From IMG/VR virus record IMGVR_UViG_3300046782_000297, positions 3,178 through 67,177 of that record: 64,000 bases of DNA; one strand, given 5' to 3'. Below the pieces are notes generated by a model that did no database searches, had not been told where the DNA came from, and saw only the letters and a program-made list of their open reading frames with translations. Shown one piece after another: positions 48,558 through 58,185 of this stretch. How positions within the stretch are numbered: position 1 is the first letter of the stretch; each line of letters opens with the position of its first letter. The position numbers and the translations under genes are program-made. Source of the DNA: a virus.

Positions 48558-50831
48558 TTAGTGTCTAAATCTATCTAAATTTCGCCTATTAAGCAGCAAT
48601 TGGTCAAGTGTGCCCACCGCAGCCGGTGCATTGGGGTTCATAACCCACCCCATACTGGGCACAATACTGATTTCCGGCATTTCATCCTCAGTTTGTGGGA
48701 CTAGCTTCTTATTACCCCGCTCAGCTAGGGTGTCCATGTCGTGATTGATGAAGGTGGCTATGGCGTTTCCAAACAGTCCATCATCATGAGCAATGGAGGA
48801 GTGTTCATACTTTTCCTTGCCAGTTGTGGTGTAATGCACCTCAAATGTACGACACTCATCAATGGTAAAAGGGCTGTTAAGTTTGTACCATCCATTCTTA
48901 ATGGCATGGATGAAGTACCCCAAGAGTAAATCTCTTGACCACCTGACTGTATACCATCCCACTTTCTGACTGGACTTCTTATTAAGTTCAACTGAGTCAT
49001 ACCGGCCAAAACGGAAGAACCGTCCCAGCGGATAACCCATGCGTCTAAGTTGGACTTGGCAGGTGTCTCCAACGGCTGCAATCTGCTCAATGGCACACCA
49101 AGGCCACTTAAGAATATCATTAGGATGATTGCTAAAGCCCCTAAGAAAAAGAGCAATTGGAAAAGCGAAGGCAAAAGCCTCAACGTGGTTGACGTACTCG
49201 CTTCTAAACTCAGCAACTTGGATGTCAGGGACAAGGCCGTTTCCTTTCGTGGCTCCCGCTATTACAGTGGAGTCCTGAGAAATTCCGTTTGATGTGTCTA
49301 TGCCCAGACTGGTCTCAAGCGTATCCTTCTGCATGGCCTTAGGGAAAACAAATAGCTTGCCGTCAGCATAGGGCAGCTTCTTCTTAATAATGTCATAATC
49401 ATCCACCCTAGCATTAACCATATCCTCAAACAGGCTATACTTGATGGGGATAAGCTCATACCTATAGGTGATGTCATCCCTCCTATTCACATGGGAGAGG
49501 AGGATTCTGTTTTTGTCGTAGTCGATTTCGTCTTCCGGCGGATCAAATTTCGAATCAATCGCAGTACCAACAATAGAATAAACATCAAACTCCTTATCTC
49601 TATTGGTATTGGCTATATTGATGGTCTCCCGGCCAAATACGTTATCATAGCTGCTCTGCATGGCCTCAACATCATCGCAGCACAATTCCTGCATCAATGT
49701 GGTCATACTTCCTGAACTATAGTGCTCAAAGTAGTTGACGAAGTAAAACCACATCTGTTCTGGGGGCATAATCCAATCCTTGCCGAACACATCAGCAAGG
49801 GGTGGAGAATTCCGCATGAACAACTCAGCCTTAATAATCTGCTCAGTGACCTTGCTGGCCAATTCATGCCCAGACCAGTCCTGCATGGGATGCATGCTCA
49901 TCCAGGTCTTAGTAGGATAAATGTCCCTCGCACAGGGCCAATGGAAGAATAATGCCCTCAGTCTGGACAGCCCATTAGCCCATTGCTCTTTAGCGAACTT
50001 ATACTTATCTGGGAACCATCCGGTATCGCCTGCGAAAGTTGACTCCAGCACACCAAACACCTTGGGTGAAGCATGAACAGCTTTAAAGATGGCGGCTTCA
50101 ATTTGTTGAACTGGGTTAGGGTATGATGAAACCTCGGATAGGTGATAGACGGTAGGAGTCGCGCCTCTAGCGATCCCAACCTTCTGGCCGCCCTTAGATT
50201 TGCTAACACCAGAGCCGTGCTGGATAGAAAGCCTAGAGTTGAGGGTGTTAAACTCAAGAATTCCAGGAACAGTTTCAACTCGTCGGCTATACTTTCGTTT
50301 GATCCACCAGGGCAAGTTGTCATAGGCAAACAGTACCTTCCTTCCCATTTCCTCCGATTTAATACGATCCGCTGAGGCTGTAACTGCTGCCACGTCTTTA
50401 TGAAAAAATACGCGGTGTCCAACCAACAACTCAACAATGGTAGTGACGAACTGTTGTCGGCCCTTACCAGTTATCAACTCAATGGCGTGACCCTGGCCCT
50501 CCATACTCGCAATGGTCCTGAAAAATACCCTCTGGGTATCTCTGAACTTGAAGGGTACGGCAGTGTTGGTCTCATCCAGCAGCCTTGCGTAACGAGTGAG
50601 GTAGTAGGCGGCATCACAAGCACAGAGTACCTTCTCATTTCTGATAAACTGGTACTCTTTGGGGGTCAGGTCTCGTGTAAACTTTACATTTCCCTGCTCA
50701 TCTTGTTCTTCCCACTTCTTCAAACTATTAGTGAAGTTGGTTACCTCCGTTTTGGAGTGGTAAATGGGCACAAAACCAAAGGAGTGCTGGGCGAAGTCAA
50801 GGCGCTGGGCTATTACGTCCTTATGGTACAT
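48558..50831 (-). CDS. terL: Terminase large subunit
   Basis: PFKFRDTQ, KGRQQFVTT (Walker A variant), ARGAT..YHLSEVS (Walker B), LEST, nuclease GIDTSNG and HDDGLFG. Confidence 0.9.
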   Translation of the reverse strand: MYHKDVIAQRLDFAQHSFGFVPIYHSKTEVTNFTNSLKKWEEQDEQGNVKFTRDLTPKEYQFIRNEKVLCACDAAYYLTRYARLLDETNTAVPFKFRDTQRVFFRTIASMEGQGHAIELITGKGRQQFVTTIVELLVGHRVFFHKDVAAVTASADRIKSEEMGRKVLFAYDNLPWWIKRKYSRRVETVPGILEFNTLNSRLSIQHGSGVSKSKGGQKVGIARGATPTVYHLSEVSSYPNPVQQIEAAIFKAVHASPKVFGVLESTFAGDTGWFPDKYKFAKEQWANGLSRLRALFFHWPCARDIYPTKTWMSMHPMQDWSGHELASKVTEQIIKAELFMRNSPPLADVFGKDWIMPPEQMWFYFVNYFEHYSSGSMTTLMQELCCDDVEAMQSSYDNVFGRETINIANTNRDKEFDVYSIVGTAIDSKFDPPEDEIDYDKNRILLSHVNRRDDITYRYELIPIKYSLFEDMVNARVDDYDIIKKKLPYADGKLFVFPKAMQKDTLETSLGIDTSNGISQDSTVIAGATKGNGLVPDIQVAEFRSEYVNHVEAFAFAFPIALFLRGFSNHPNDILKWPWCAIEQIAAVGDTCQVQLRRMGYPLGRFFRFGRYDSVELNKKSSQKVGWYTVRWSRDLLLGYFIHAIKNGWYKLNSPFTIDECRTFEVHYTTTGKEKYEHSSIAHDDGLFGNAIATFINHDMDTLAERGNKKLVPQTEDEMPEISIVPSMGWVMNPNAPAAVGTLDQLLLNRRNLDRFRH

Positions 50832-50840
50832 TTATATAGC

Positions 50841-51107
50841 TCATCCAATCCCCAGCTTAATTCCAGCCTCATAGCTGGACATGATACGACCCTGAATTAC
50901 CCCATGTACAATATATATGGCTTCTACCCGATGTACACCAAAAGCCTTTAATCTCCTATACATTGTAGAACACCACTCTGGATGTCCGTAGAATGGATTC
51001 AAAAGTGAGGTGAAGTTTGGATACTCCCCAAGTACATTGAAGACCACCTCATTTCGCAAGTACTCTATAGTTCGGACACTAATTTCATCATATATTGGGT
51101 TAGCCAT
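50841..51107 (-). CDS. 88-aa protein whose N-terminus resembles the MCP N-terminus
   Basis: GGAGG RBS; MANPIYDEISVRTIEYLRNEVV versus MCP MADPIYDQISAATIADLREDVV. Confidence 0.6.
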   Translation of the reverse strand: MANPIYDEISVRTIEYLRNEVVFNVLGEYPNFTSLLNPFYGHPEWCSTMYRRLKAFGVHRVEAIYIVHGVIQGRIMSSYEAGIKLGIG

Positions 51108-51756
51108 CTGATTCCTCCGCAAGGATATCAACAACTGTAACTTCAGCATTACGCTTGATGCTCGCTGAGTCATACCTCTCTACCGCCTCCGCTATCTTAT
51201 CGTCATCGGAGTTGAGTTGGTTTACGTTGATGCTCTGCTGCTTTCGGTTATCTACACTCCCATAGTTGTTGAATACCTGATTTTTTGGGGCTGGCATGAA
51301 TCCCTGTTTTTGCAGGACAATCTTGCGTTCATCCCCACCCCTGGTGGTCTTAGCCAGCTTAATCGTCTTCTTGACAATCTCTGGGTGGGCTGCTGCCGCC
51401 ATCATGTCACTAGCCAGAGTGCCCTGCTCTAACACAGCCTGCATCAGCACTCCAATCATGGTTTTCGGCGTGGACTTGGCTGCCAAACAGAAAACCTCGA
51501 AAGGCACCTTGTCCCTATACGCCACCGCTACAGAATCCCACCTCCTGATAAGCTCTAGGGCATCCCTGTTGTCAGACCCCCTTAGGTAATCTATTGCTTT
51601 AGATATACTCCCTAAGCTACTGACAATTATAGGGGTTATCGTTGCGTGACGAGTGGGGGCATTGATGTCAACCTCAAGCTCCTCATAGATTCTCTCAATC
51701 GCAGCTTCCTGCTTTCTAAACGCAGTACTAGTTTTCTTCTGGATGGTTGAGGGCAT
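51100..51756 (-). CDS. Putative terminase small subunit
   Basis: Helical 218 aa upstream of terL with a QVFNNYG...INVNQ beta tail. Positional inference only. Confidence 0.4.
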   Translation of the reverse strand: MPSTIQKKTSTAFRKQEAAIERIYEELEVDINAPTRHATITPIIVSSLGSISKAIDYLRGSDNRDALELIRRWDSVAVAYRDKVPFEVFCLAAKSTPKTMIGVLMQAVLEQGTLASDMMAAAAHPEIVKKTIKLAKTTRGGDERKIVLQKQGFMPAPKNQVFNNYGSVDNRKQQSINVNQLNSDDDKIAEAVERYDSASIKRNAEVTVVDILAEESDG

Positions 51757-52783
51757 ACTTTTTATTTAAATCCTCCACATTCACATGGCCAATAGTGGTC
51801 TTGAGCTTATTTTCAGGCAACTTACGCCCTGCCTGCTCCCATTTTGGGAACTGCATGGACATTCTCTCCCGGTCAAGGTCTAGTCTAGCCTGCTCGATAT
51901 CCGCCAGTCTGTCAACTGACTTCCAGAGCCTACGCAACATTACTATCAGCCGGACTAGACCTATAGCGCCTACTCGCATGTAAAGTTTACACTCCTACTC
52001 CATCAGAAAATCGTAAGTTCTATCCCCAACCACCTGAGAGAGGATAATCTTACCGTTCCGCATCTCCTTTAGCACTTCCTGAATTCTGGCCTTCTCCACA
52101 CCCATACCGACCATGCGCTTAGCGGCATTGTTAGCCCAGGCCGGACATTTAGGATGAGGCCACAGGTCTCCTTTCCAATCCTTACCTCCCCATACTATGA
52201 GTATCATTTTCCTGCCTTTGGGTTTGTGAATTTAAGCAGAAGACCCGCCAAGTATATATCAAACTCAGTTATAGGCGTAGTTCCCGGCAGACTCTCCCTT
52301 ACCTTTTTTCTGCGGGCAATCTCCATCTGTTCTATGTGCTGTTTGATGGTACTCAGACCAATGCTGGGACTGGCCTGCTGGATGCGGCGAGCATAGGTAT
52401 TAGCCCATTCTGGCAGGGCCTCATCTGGGAAACTCACCACATTTCTGAGAATCCCCAGACTAACACCTAATTTAGATGTAAAAGCTGCCCCTTTAATCGC
52501 CATCACGGCACCAGCTTTATCCCGGTCTTGCTCTCAGCATTAATCACAACCGGGTCCCTAGGGTCTGCCTCTTGTATAATATACACGTCGGACACCTTCC
52601 CGTCCGGCCCAATAAACGGGGTGGCTGGGATGGTTATGACAACATGAGGGTGAATGGTTTGTCCAGGACCCAAAGCAATACTGGTCTCTTTGATGTCCAG
52701 AATTTTGCCGTTGAACATACCAGCCATGAACACATCCACAATCTGCCCGACTTTCAACTTACGCCCAGTTCTATCGCAAATAA

Positions 52784-53308
52784 TCATTTTCGTGGTCTCC
52801 TGTACTCTTTTCTAGCAACTTCCGTGGTGTCCTTGTCTGTATGAGTATTCCCAACACTTTCAGGCTCCCCCTTATCCCCGGTATAGGTAACCGGCACCAG
52901 TTTGGGCATGCCCGTATCCATATCCCTCTTTTCCACCAATATGGGCATGTCGTTCTCAATCCTGGCCATATTTGGAGAGGCAATCTGCCTAGTTCGCTCC
53001 TGAGAAACCATAGCATCCTCCTCAGAATTTTCTGACAAGGGCATAGTCTCAATGGACCCTAGAGTGGGGTCCTTGGCGACTTCCTGTTTAGATGCCGGTT
53101 TGGAGAGAATGTTGGTCACATGCTGGGGATAGCTGGGATTATCCAGATGTAGAGTCACCCGAACATCATAGCTCACCCGGCCAAAAGCAATATTCTGGGT
53201 GAACATACCATCCTTATTTAGTATGGCATCCACATCCTTCTTTATAATCTCCCTCAGTTCCGCCCCGGATAGGGGCCTTTGGGGAACTCTTTCATGACTT
53301 GCTGGCAT
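52784..53308 (-). CDS. Hypothetical protein
   Basis: AAGGAG RBS, 174 aa, co-oriented. Confidence 0.5.
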   Translation of the reverse strand: MPASHERVPQRPLSGAELREIIKKDVDAILNKDGMFTQNIAFGRVSYDVRVTLHLDNPSYPQHVTNILSKPASKQEVAKDPTLGSIETMPLSENSEEDAMVSQERTRQIASPNMARIENDMPILVEKRDMDTGMPKLVPVTYTGDKGEPESVGNTHTDKDTTEVARKEYRRPRK

Positions 53309-53364
53309 TACGTTTCTCCTTTGTTTTCTGCACTTTAGCCCTATCTAAAAAGACCTCAATCCAC

Positions 53365-53925
53365 TCATTTCTTACGATCTCCCCCACCATCGGGCTGTCC
53401 AGATTGTACTTGTCCATCACTCCCAAGCTGATCCCGCCGTCTAGCATTCGCCTCACGCACTCCCCGTGTGATTGCCTCACGGACCTTACGTCTATATGCT
53501 TTTTGTTGCAGGGACAGACCTGTCTCTCGCACTCTGGCCCGTGAATTCTTCCCGAAAAACATATCAGTATGATTGGCTCCCAGATCCTCCATCTTTTCAA
53601 GATCCTTGGGTCTTCTAAATTTAATTGGGAGAAGGAGGACACCGCCTCTCCGTCTGTGTAGCCGATTGAAGCGGACTGGGGCTTTCTTGTATTGCTTGAG
53701 GACATCTTCGTATGCTTTCTCCATATTCTTTAATTTACGGATAACCTCAATGCGGGGCTTAAGCACATCCCCCCTCTCCAGATTCTCTATAGTGTATATA
53801 GAGAGGTCCAGGGCATCGGCCAGCTTCTGCTGAGTCCACCCTAGAGCGCACCTCAACTGAAGACACCTATAATTCCAGCTATTACGCTCAAAACCAAGAG
53901 GGTTATGAGGAGGGGTTTTACGCAT
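53365..53925 (-). CDS. XRE-family HTH DNA-binding protein
   Basis: LRCALGWTQQKLADALDLSIYTIENLERG...P; the ATG overlaps the palindrome at 53925. Confidence 0.8.
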   Translation of the reverse strand: MRKTPPHNPLGFERNSWNYRCLQLRCALGWTQQKLADALDLSIYTIENLERGDVLKPRIEVIRKLKNMEKAYEDVLKQYKKAPVRFNRLHRRRGGVLLLPIKFRRPKDLEKMEDLGANHTDMFFGKNSRARVRETGLSLQQKAYRRKVREAITRGVREANARRRDQLGSDGQVQSGQPDGGGDRKK

Positions 53926-54160
53926 GTAAACTTTACACTTCCATCTCTTTCAAGGCTGCGGACTTCCAACAGTCGCATGGTCTCCCGCTATACCAAATCC
54001 AGCAGGTCTCTTCATTTGAATAGATTCCTGATCTCTTGGATGTCTTGGGCGAAGCAGAAAATGCCAGCGATGATAACGGTTACGGCAATAAACCCTACCC
54101 CTGCCCCGTCAGCGCCGGACTTCTTCAGTAGGGCAAGCGCAATCAGCCAGATCGCAATTC

Positions 54161-54829
54161 TCATCTTCCCTCCAGTTCTTTCAAGGCTGCGGCTATCTCA
54201 GCAAGTGCTTCTTTAGAACAATTGCATTTCTTGTGCCTGCGGTCGCAATGCTCCAAGGCATTCACGCCGATTGCGACAATCTCCTTCACCCTCGCCAGTC
54301 GCTGCTCGGCCTTAACCAACTGCGGCGAATGGTGCATACATACATTTCCAGGCTTGTCATAGGAGCACCCGCAAGTTCCGTGAGGGGCCAAGGACTTGAC
54401 CTTCTCGGACATCGCTTCTGCTGACCGCTCCGCTTCCTCTGCGCGGGATTCGGCAGCGTTTCTCTTTCCAGTGATATCTGCTAGTTTCGGCTCCAGACCG
54501 TCTCGCAGCGCCTTGTAGCTTTCATTTAGTGCGATAATCGCGCGAGCTTTTCTAGCTATGTCAAATTCAGCCTGCTTCAACTCGGCTTGAAGTTCACGAA
54601 TGTGTGAACCGTGGGCCTGACAGTCGGCAAGGAGCGTATCAATTTGCTCCTGCGCCTGCTTCAACTCGGCGCGGATGGCGGAAAACTGCTCCAGCTTTTG
54701 TTCAAACCGCTGACGCAGCAGGAACCAGTCCGGGCTAAATGCTTTTTCCTTGATATCAGGAGTAAGCCGGTTGATCTCCTGCATAGCGTCATACAGCCAG
54801 TCTTCTTCTTCCTTCCCTAATCGGCTCAT
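54161..54829 (-). CDS. Coiled-coil accessory protein, paralog of 55401..55979
   Basis: Shared AAESRAEEAE, LAPHGTC.CS.DKPG..CMHHSPQLVKAE and LKELEG. Confidence 0.6.
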   Translation of the reverse strand: MSRLGKEEEDWLYDAMQEINRLTPDIKEKAFSPDWFLLRQRFEQKLEQFSAIRAELKQAQEQIDTLLADCQAHGSHIRELQAELKQAEFDIARKARAIIALNESYKALRDGLEPKLADITGKRNAAESRAEEAERSAEAMSEKVKSLAPHGTCGCSYDKPGNVCMHHSPQLVKAEQRLARVKEIVAIGVNALEHCDRRHKKCNCSKEALAEIAAALKELEGR

Positions 54830-55400
54830 GCGTTTTTCTCCACCTTGTGTTTTTTCTCCTGTGGATATGCAAAAATCGGCGCTGGCGTCGAGGTCAATGA
54901 CTCTCTTGCGTAGAATAAGCATCGACACGCGTCACACGTCGCACATGTCCCTTCCTCGTAGAAATCATGCCCACACGATGGGCAGATGAAGTGATTTATC
55001 TTCATTTCCTTTTCTCCTCTGCTTCCACTATCGCCCACCCCTTCAGTCCAGTCAGTTCGAACCGCTGGGCCGAATATCCAACCGCCTCGCACGCCTTCCG
55101 CCTCAAAGCCAGTCCGGTGAGTTCTGTAGTCATCACCATTCCTTCCAAGGTATAAGATTGCCAAGAACTAGTCCGATAAGGAAAAACACGATTAACAGCG
55201 GTGCGCACACGACTAACCGCCTCCGATGCATCGCCGGGCCGTCCAATCATGTGCTCGCTGCGCCCATTCAGGTTCAAACGGTAACGCGAGAAGTGGGTGA
55301 ATTAGCCCGTTGTGTACAAATTTCCACCAGTACCAGCGCCATTCGTGTTCAAACGGAGTCATTAAGACTCCATCGCTATGCCACGGTGCAGGAGTGTGCT

Positions 55401-55979
55401 TCATTTTCCCTCCAGTTCTTTCAAGGCTTTTCTAGCCATGTGGGTATACGCGCAGAAATCATCTTTAGCAACAAGTTCCAACACTTCCCTCACCCTCGCC
55501 AACCGCTGCTCTAAATCTTCCTTCCCGCAGTCGGTTGGTGCAATAAAGCGACCCTCTTTGGAATCCGTGCGTACCTTGCAGCGTGGACCGTCATCATTGA
55601 ATTTGCGCTCCCATTGCTCGGCGCGGGCCTCAGCCTTAACCAACTGCGGCGAATGGTGCATGCACAAGTCACCCGGCTTGTCCCGGGAACACGCGCATGT
55701 TCCATGAGGAGCCAAGGAATTGATCTTCTCAGATTTCGCTTTCTCTGACAGCTCCGCTTCCTCGGCGCGGGATTCGGCAGCGGCGAGCTTGGAGGTTAAA
55801 TCTATCCAATCACCTAGTTTTTTACCCGCCACATTCAGATCGCGGAGTTCTTGATTAGCGCACTGCGCCTGCTTCAACTCGGCGCGGAGTGCGTCGATTT
55901 CGTCATGAAGGCATCTAACGCAGAGTGGGATTGGGTTGCCATGTTTACAGAATTTCTCTTCTTCCGCTGACAGTCTCAT
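55401..55979 (-). CDS. Coiled-coil accessory protein, paralog of 54161..54829
   Basis: Same shared blocks and the same GGAGAAAAACGCATG initiation region. Confidence 0.6.
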   Translation of the reverse strand: MRLSAEEEKFCKHGNPIPLCVRCLHDEIDALRAELKQAQCANQELRDLNVAGKKLGDWIDLTSKLAAAESRAEEAELSEKAKSEKINSLAPHGTCACSRDKPGDLCMHHSPQLVKAEARAEQWERKFNDDGPRCKVRTDSKEGRFIAPTDCGKEDLEQRLARVREVLELVAKDDFCAYTHMARKALKELEGK

Positions 55980-56382
55980 GCGTTTTTCTCCTGGAAGACT
56001 GAATAAAGTAAGCAGGAAGCGCCGATTATGAGGACTACCGCTGCAACCTGCCAGCCATCCACATGATCGTAGATCCACTGAAAGAATCGGTCGGTGATGC
56101 CGAGATGGAAGAGTATCCAGAGAATACCCATGTACAGTAAAAAGATTCCGATATTCCTGAAAACGATCTTTTTCATTTCCTTTTCTCCTCTGCTTCCACG
56201 CTGGGCGCTGATGGATTGGCCGAACACCCGCAGCATCGCTCTCCGTCATACCAGCAGACACAGTGCAATCTATCTTCACGCTTAGGACATACGCTTTCAT
56301 CGTCTTGATTGATTAAATGATGACCGCCTGAACATGGCAGGCAATCACAGGTGCATAAAGAGGCACATTCGCAACTCATAAT

Positions 56383-56793
56383 TTAATTACTTCCTGCTTC
56401 CACGATGGCGCGGGCGCGGGCCTCAGATGGGGTAGCGCCTTCTACATTTGATAAGGTATAAGCGTTCCCGGTGCGGAATTCACCAACACTGCAATAATAG
56501 TATTTGCACCCATCTTCGACGTAGCCGCTGCCCGTGTTCCACCAATAGTGGTGCGATTTGCACCACTCCAAAAACATCGGCTCGCTGACGGCTGGGTCAG
56601 ACTCGATGGCGGGGAGGTCCTTCTCAAGTCTATGTGAAGAATAATCGCAGAGGTCGGATGTATAGTCACGATGTCCACTTTGATCGGTACGACAAGCCGA
56701 AGAATGCCACCAGCCATCGCCATCACGAGCACGCTTCCATCCTATCGCCTCGCACGCCTTCCGCCTCAGTTCCAGTCCGGTTAGTTCGGTCAT
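56383..56793 (-). CDS. NinX/ABA-sandwich-like phage protein
   Basis: LTGLELRRKACEAIGW...LPAIESD...GATPSEARARAIV pattern. Confidence 0.4.
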   Translation of the reverse strand: MTELTGLELRRKACEAIGWKRARDGDGWWHSSACRTDQSGHRDYTSDLCDYSSHRLEKDLPAIESDPAVSEPMFLEWCKSHHYWWNTGSGYVEDGCKYYYCSVGEFRTGNAYTLSNVEGATPSEARARAIVEAGSN

Positions 56794-56819
56794 CGTGCCT
56801 CCTTATCGGCTTTCATCAG

Positions 56820-57347
56820 TTATGCCTTCTCACTACGCCACTGCTCAGCCCACATAAATGGGATACCGGCATTGGCCGCACACTCAGCATCCTCTGCACT
56901 ATCCCCAACCATTAGACAGTTATAGGGCCTATAAAACTCCCCATCATGATGCATGCCCAAATCCATTAAAGCCGTTAGAATCATACCGATACGGGGTTTT
57001 CGGCAGAAACAGATACTCTTCTCATCCTTGCTTACTACGTCATCCCCGACCGCATCCGGGTGGTGATTGCACCATAGCATCTTGTCAAACAAATTTCCGC
57101 AGAGCCTGTTGGTCTCTTGCATAGCCCTGGCCACGGCATTTTCCGGCACCAAACCCATGGCAATTCCGCCCTGATTGGACACTCCCACAATCCTCCAACC
57201 ACTATCCTTATACTGCTGCAACTTCTCAGCAACCCCCTCAAATACCTCAACATCAGCAGGGCTGTTCACGAATTTTCCGCCCATTTCTTTAGGGCCAAAC
57301 CGCACAGTACCGTCAATATCCAAAAACAAGACTGGTGTTGGCTTCAT
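56820..57347 (-). CDS. HAD-IIIA phosphatase (GmhB/HisB-N/polynucleotide 3'-phosphatase-like)
   Basis: FLDIDGT, VSNQGG, CFCRKP and MVGDSAED. Confidence 0.85.
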   Translation of the reverse strand: MKPTPVLFLDIDGTVRFGPKEMGGKFVNSPADVEVFEGVAEKLQQYKDSGWRIVGVSNQGGIAMGLVPENAVARAMQETNRLCGNLFDKMLWCNHHPDAVGDDVVSKDEKSICFCRKPRIGMILTALMDLGMHHDGEFYRPYNCLMVGDSAEDAECAANAGIPFMWAEQWRSEKA

Positions 57348-57921
57348 ATCCCAGTCCCCTTACTTGATTTTATATAAAGTTCAGGCCCCCTAATTTCATG
57401 CCAAGACCACTGGCTAGGGCCGGTGCCATAATCAGCCCAATCCTGATGCTGCCCTTTAGGCCCAAACACAAAAATCTGCACCCTTCCCTCTACATTAAGG
57501 TCTACCTCTCTGATAATAGCAGGGGATTGCTGAGGTGCATATTTCCCATCAGCACTGCCTGGGTGGTGGTAGATCACAATTTGTCCAATAGTAGGCTGCT
57601 GCATTTTCTTCTTCTCCAATTCTATAATTGCCCTATCCCCATCCAGCCACTCTTGAAAACTTGTCATACTTCCTCCTCAGATCTTGCCCGAACACTACCC
57701 ACCTCTCCCGCGATCTCAATATCATAGGTAGAGTTACAGCAGCAGCACTGCCAGACGGCAGGCTTGCCTATAAGCTTTTTGCTGCCTCTAACAAAAAATA
57801 ACCTACGTTTTAAATTGGTATTGAAGAGACAGGTGGGACAGATCGGTGGAAGCGTGTATGCCATATACGAGAGGGCCTTAGTAAACGCTGGGTTTTTAAG
57901 GCTGCTGGCACTATATACACA

Positions 57922-58185
57922 CTACATAGGAGGGTCAAGTGTAAAGTTTACAGTACTATTAGGCTGCTCAGCCAAATTCCAGCCCAACTTATGCCTCTCA
58001 TTTATTATGCAGGCAGTCAAATAGGAGCCTAAAGCGTCAAAACCGGGTTCAGTGCTGGGCATATGCCAGCAAGCCAAACACCGACCCTCAGTATCAAACA
58101 AATAGGTATACTTGGGACTATTGCGAAAATCCCGTGTAGTGTAGCCCAGCAACCTTGCCGTAGCTTTAATTACCTGTGGATTCAT
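57922..58185 (-). CDS. Hypothetical protein, TA(R/K)L(L/M)GY paralog family
   Basis: QVIKATARLLGYTT; first gene of the minus-strand arm. Confidence 0.6.
   Translation of the reverse strand: MNPQVIKATARLLGYTTRDFRNSPKYTYLFDTEGRCLACWHMPSTEPGFDALGSYLTACIINERHKLGWNLAEQPNSTVNFTLDPPM

Noticed and set aside
54161-56793. Diversity-generating retroelement template/variable repeat pair
   Set aside because: No reverse transcriptase seen, and the differences between repeats are block swaps rather than adenine-specific substitutions.
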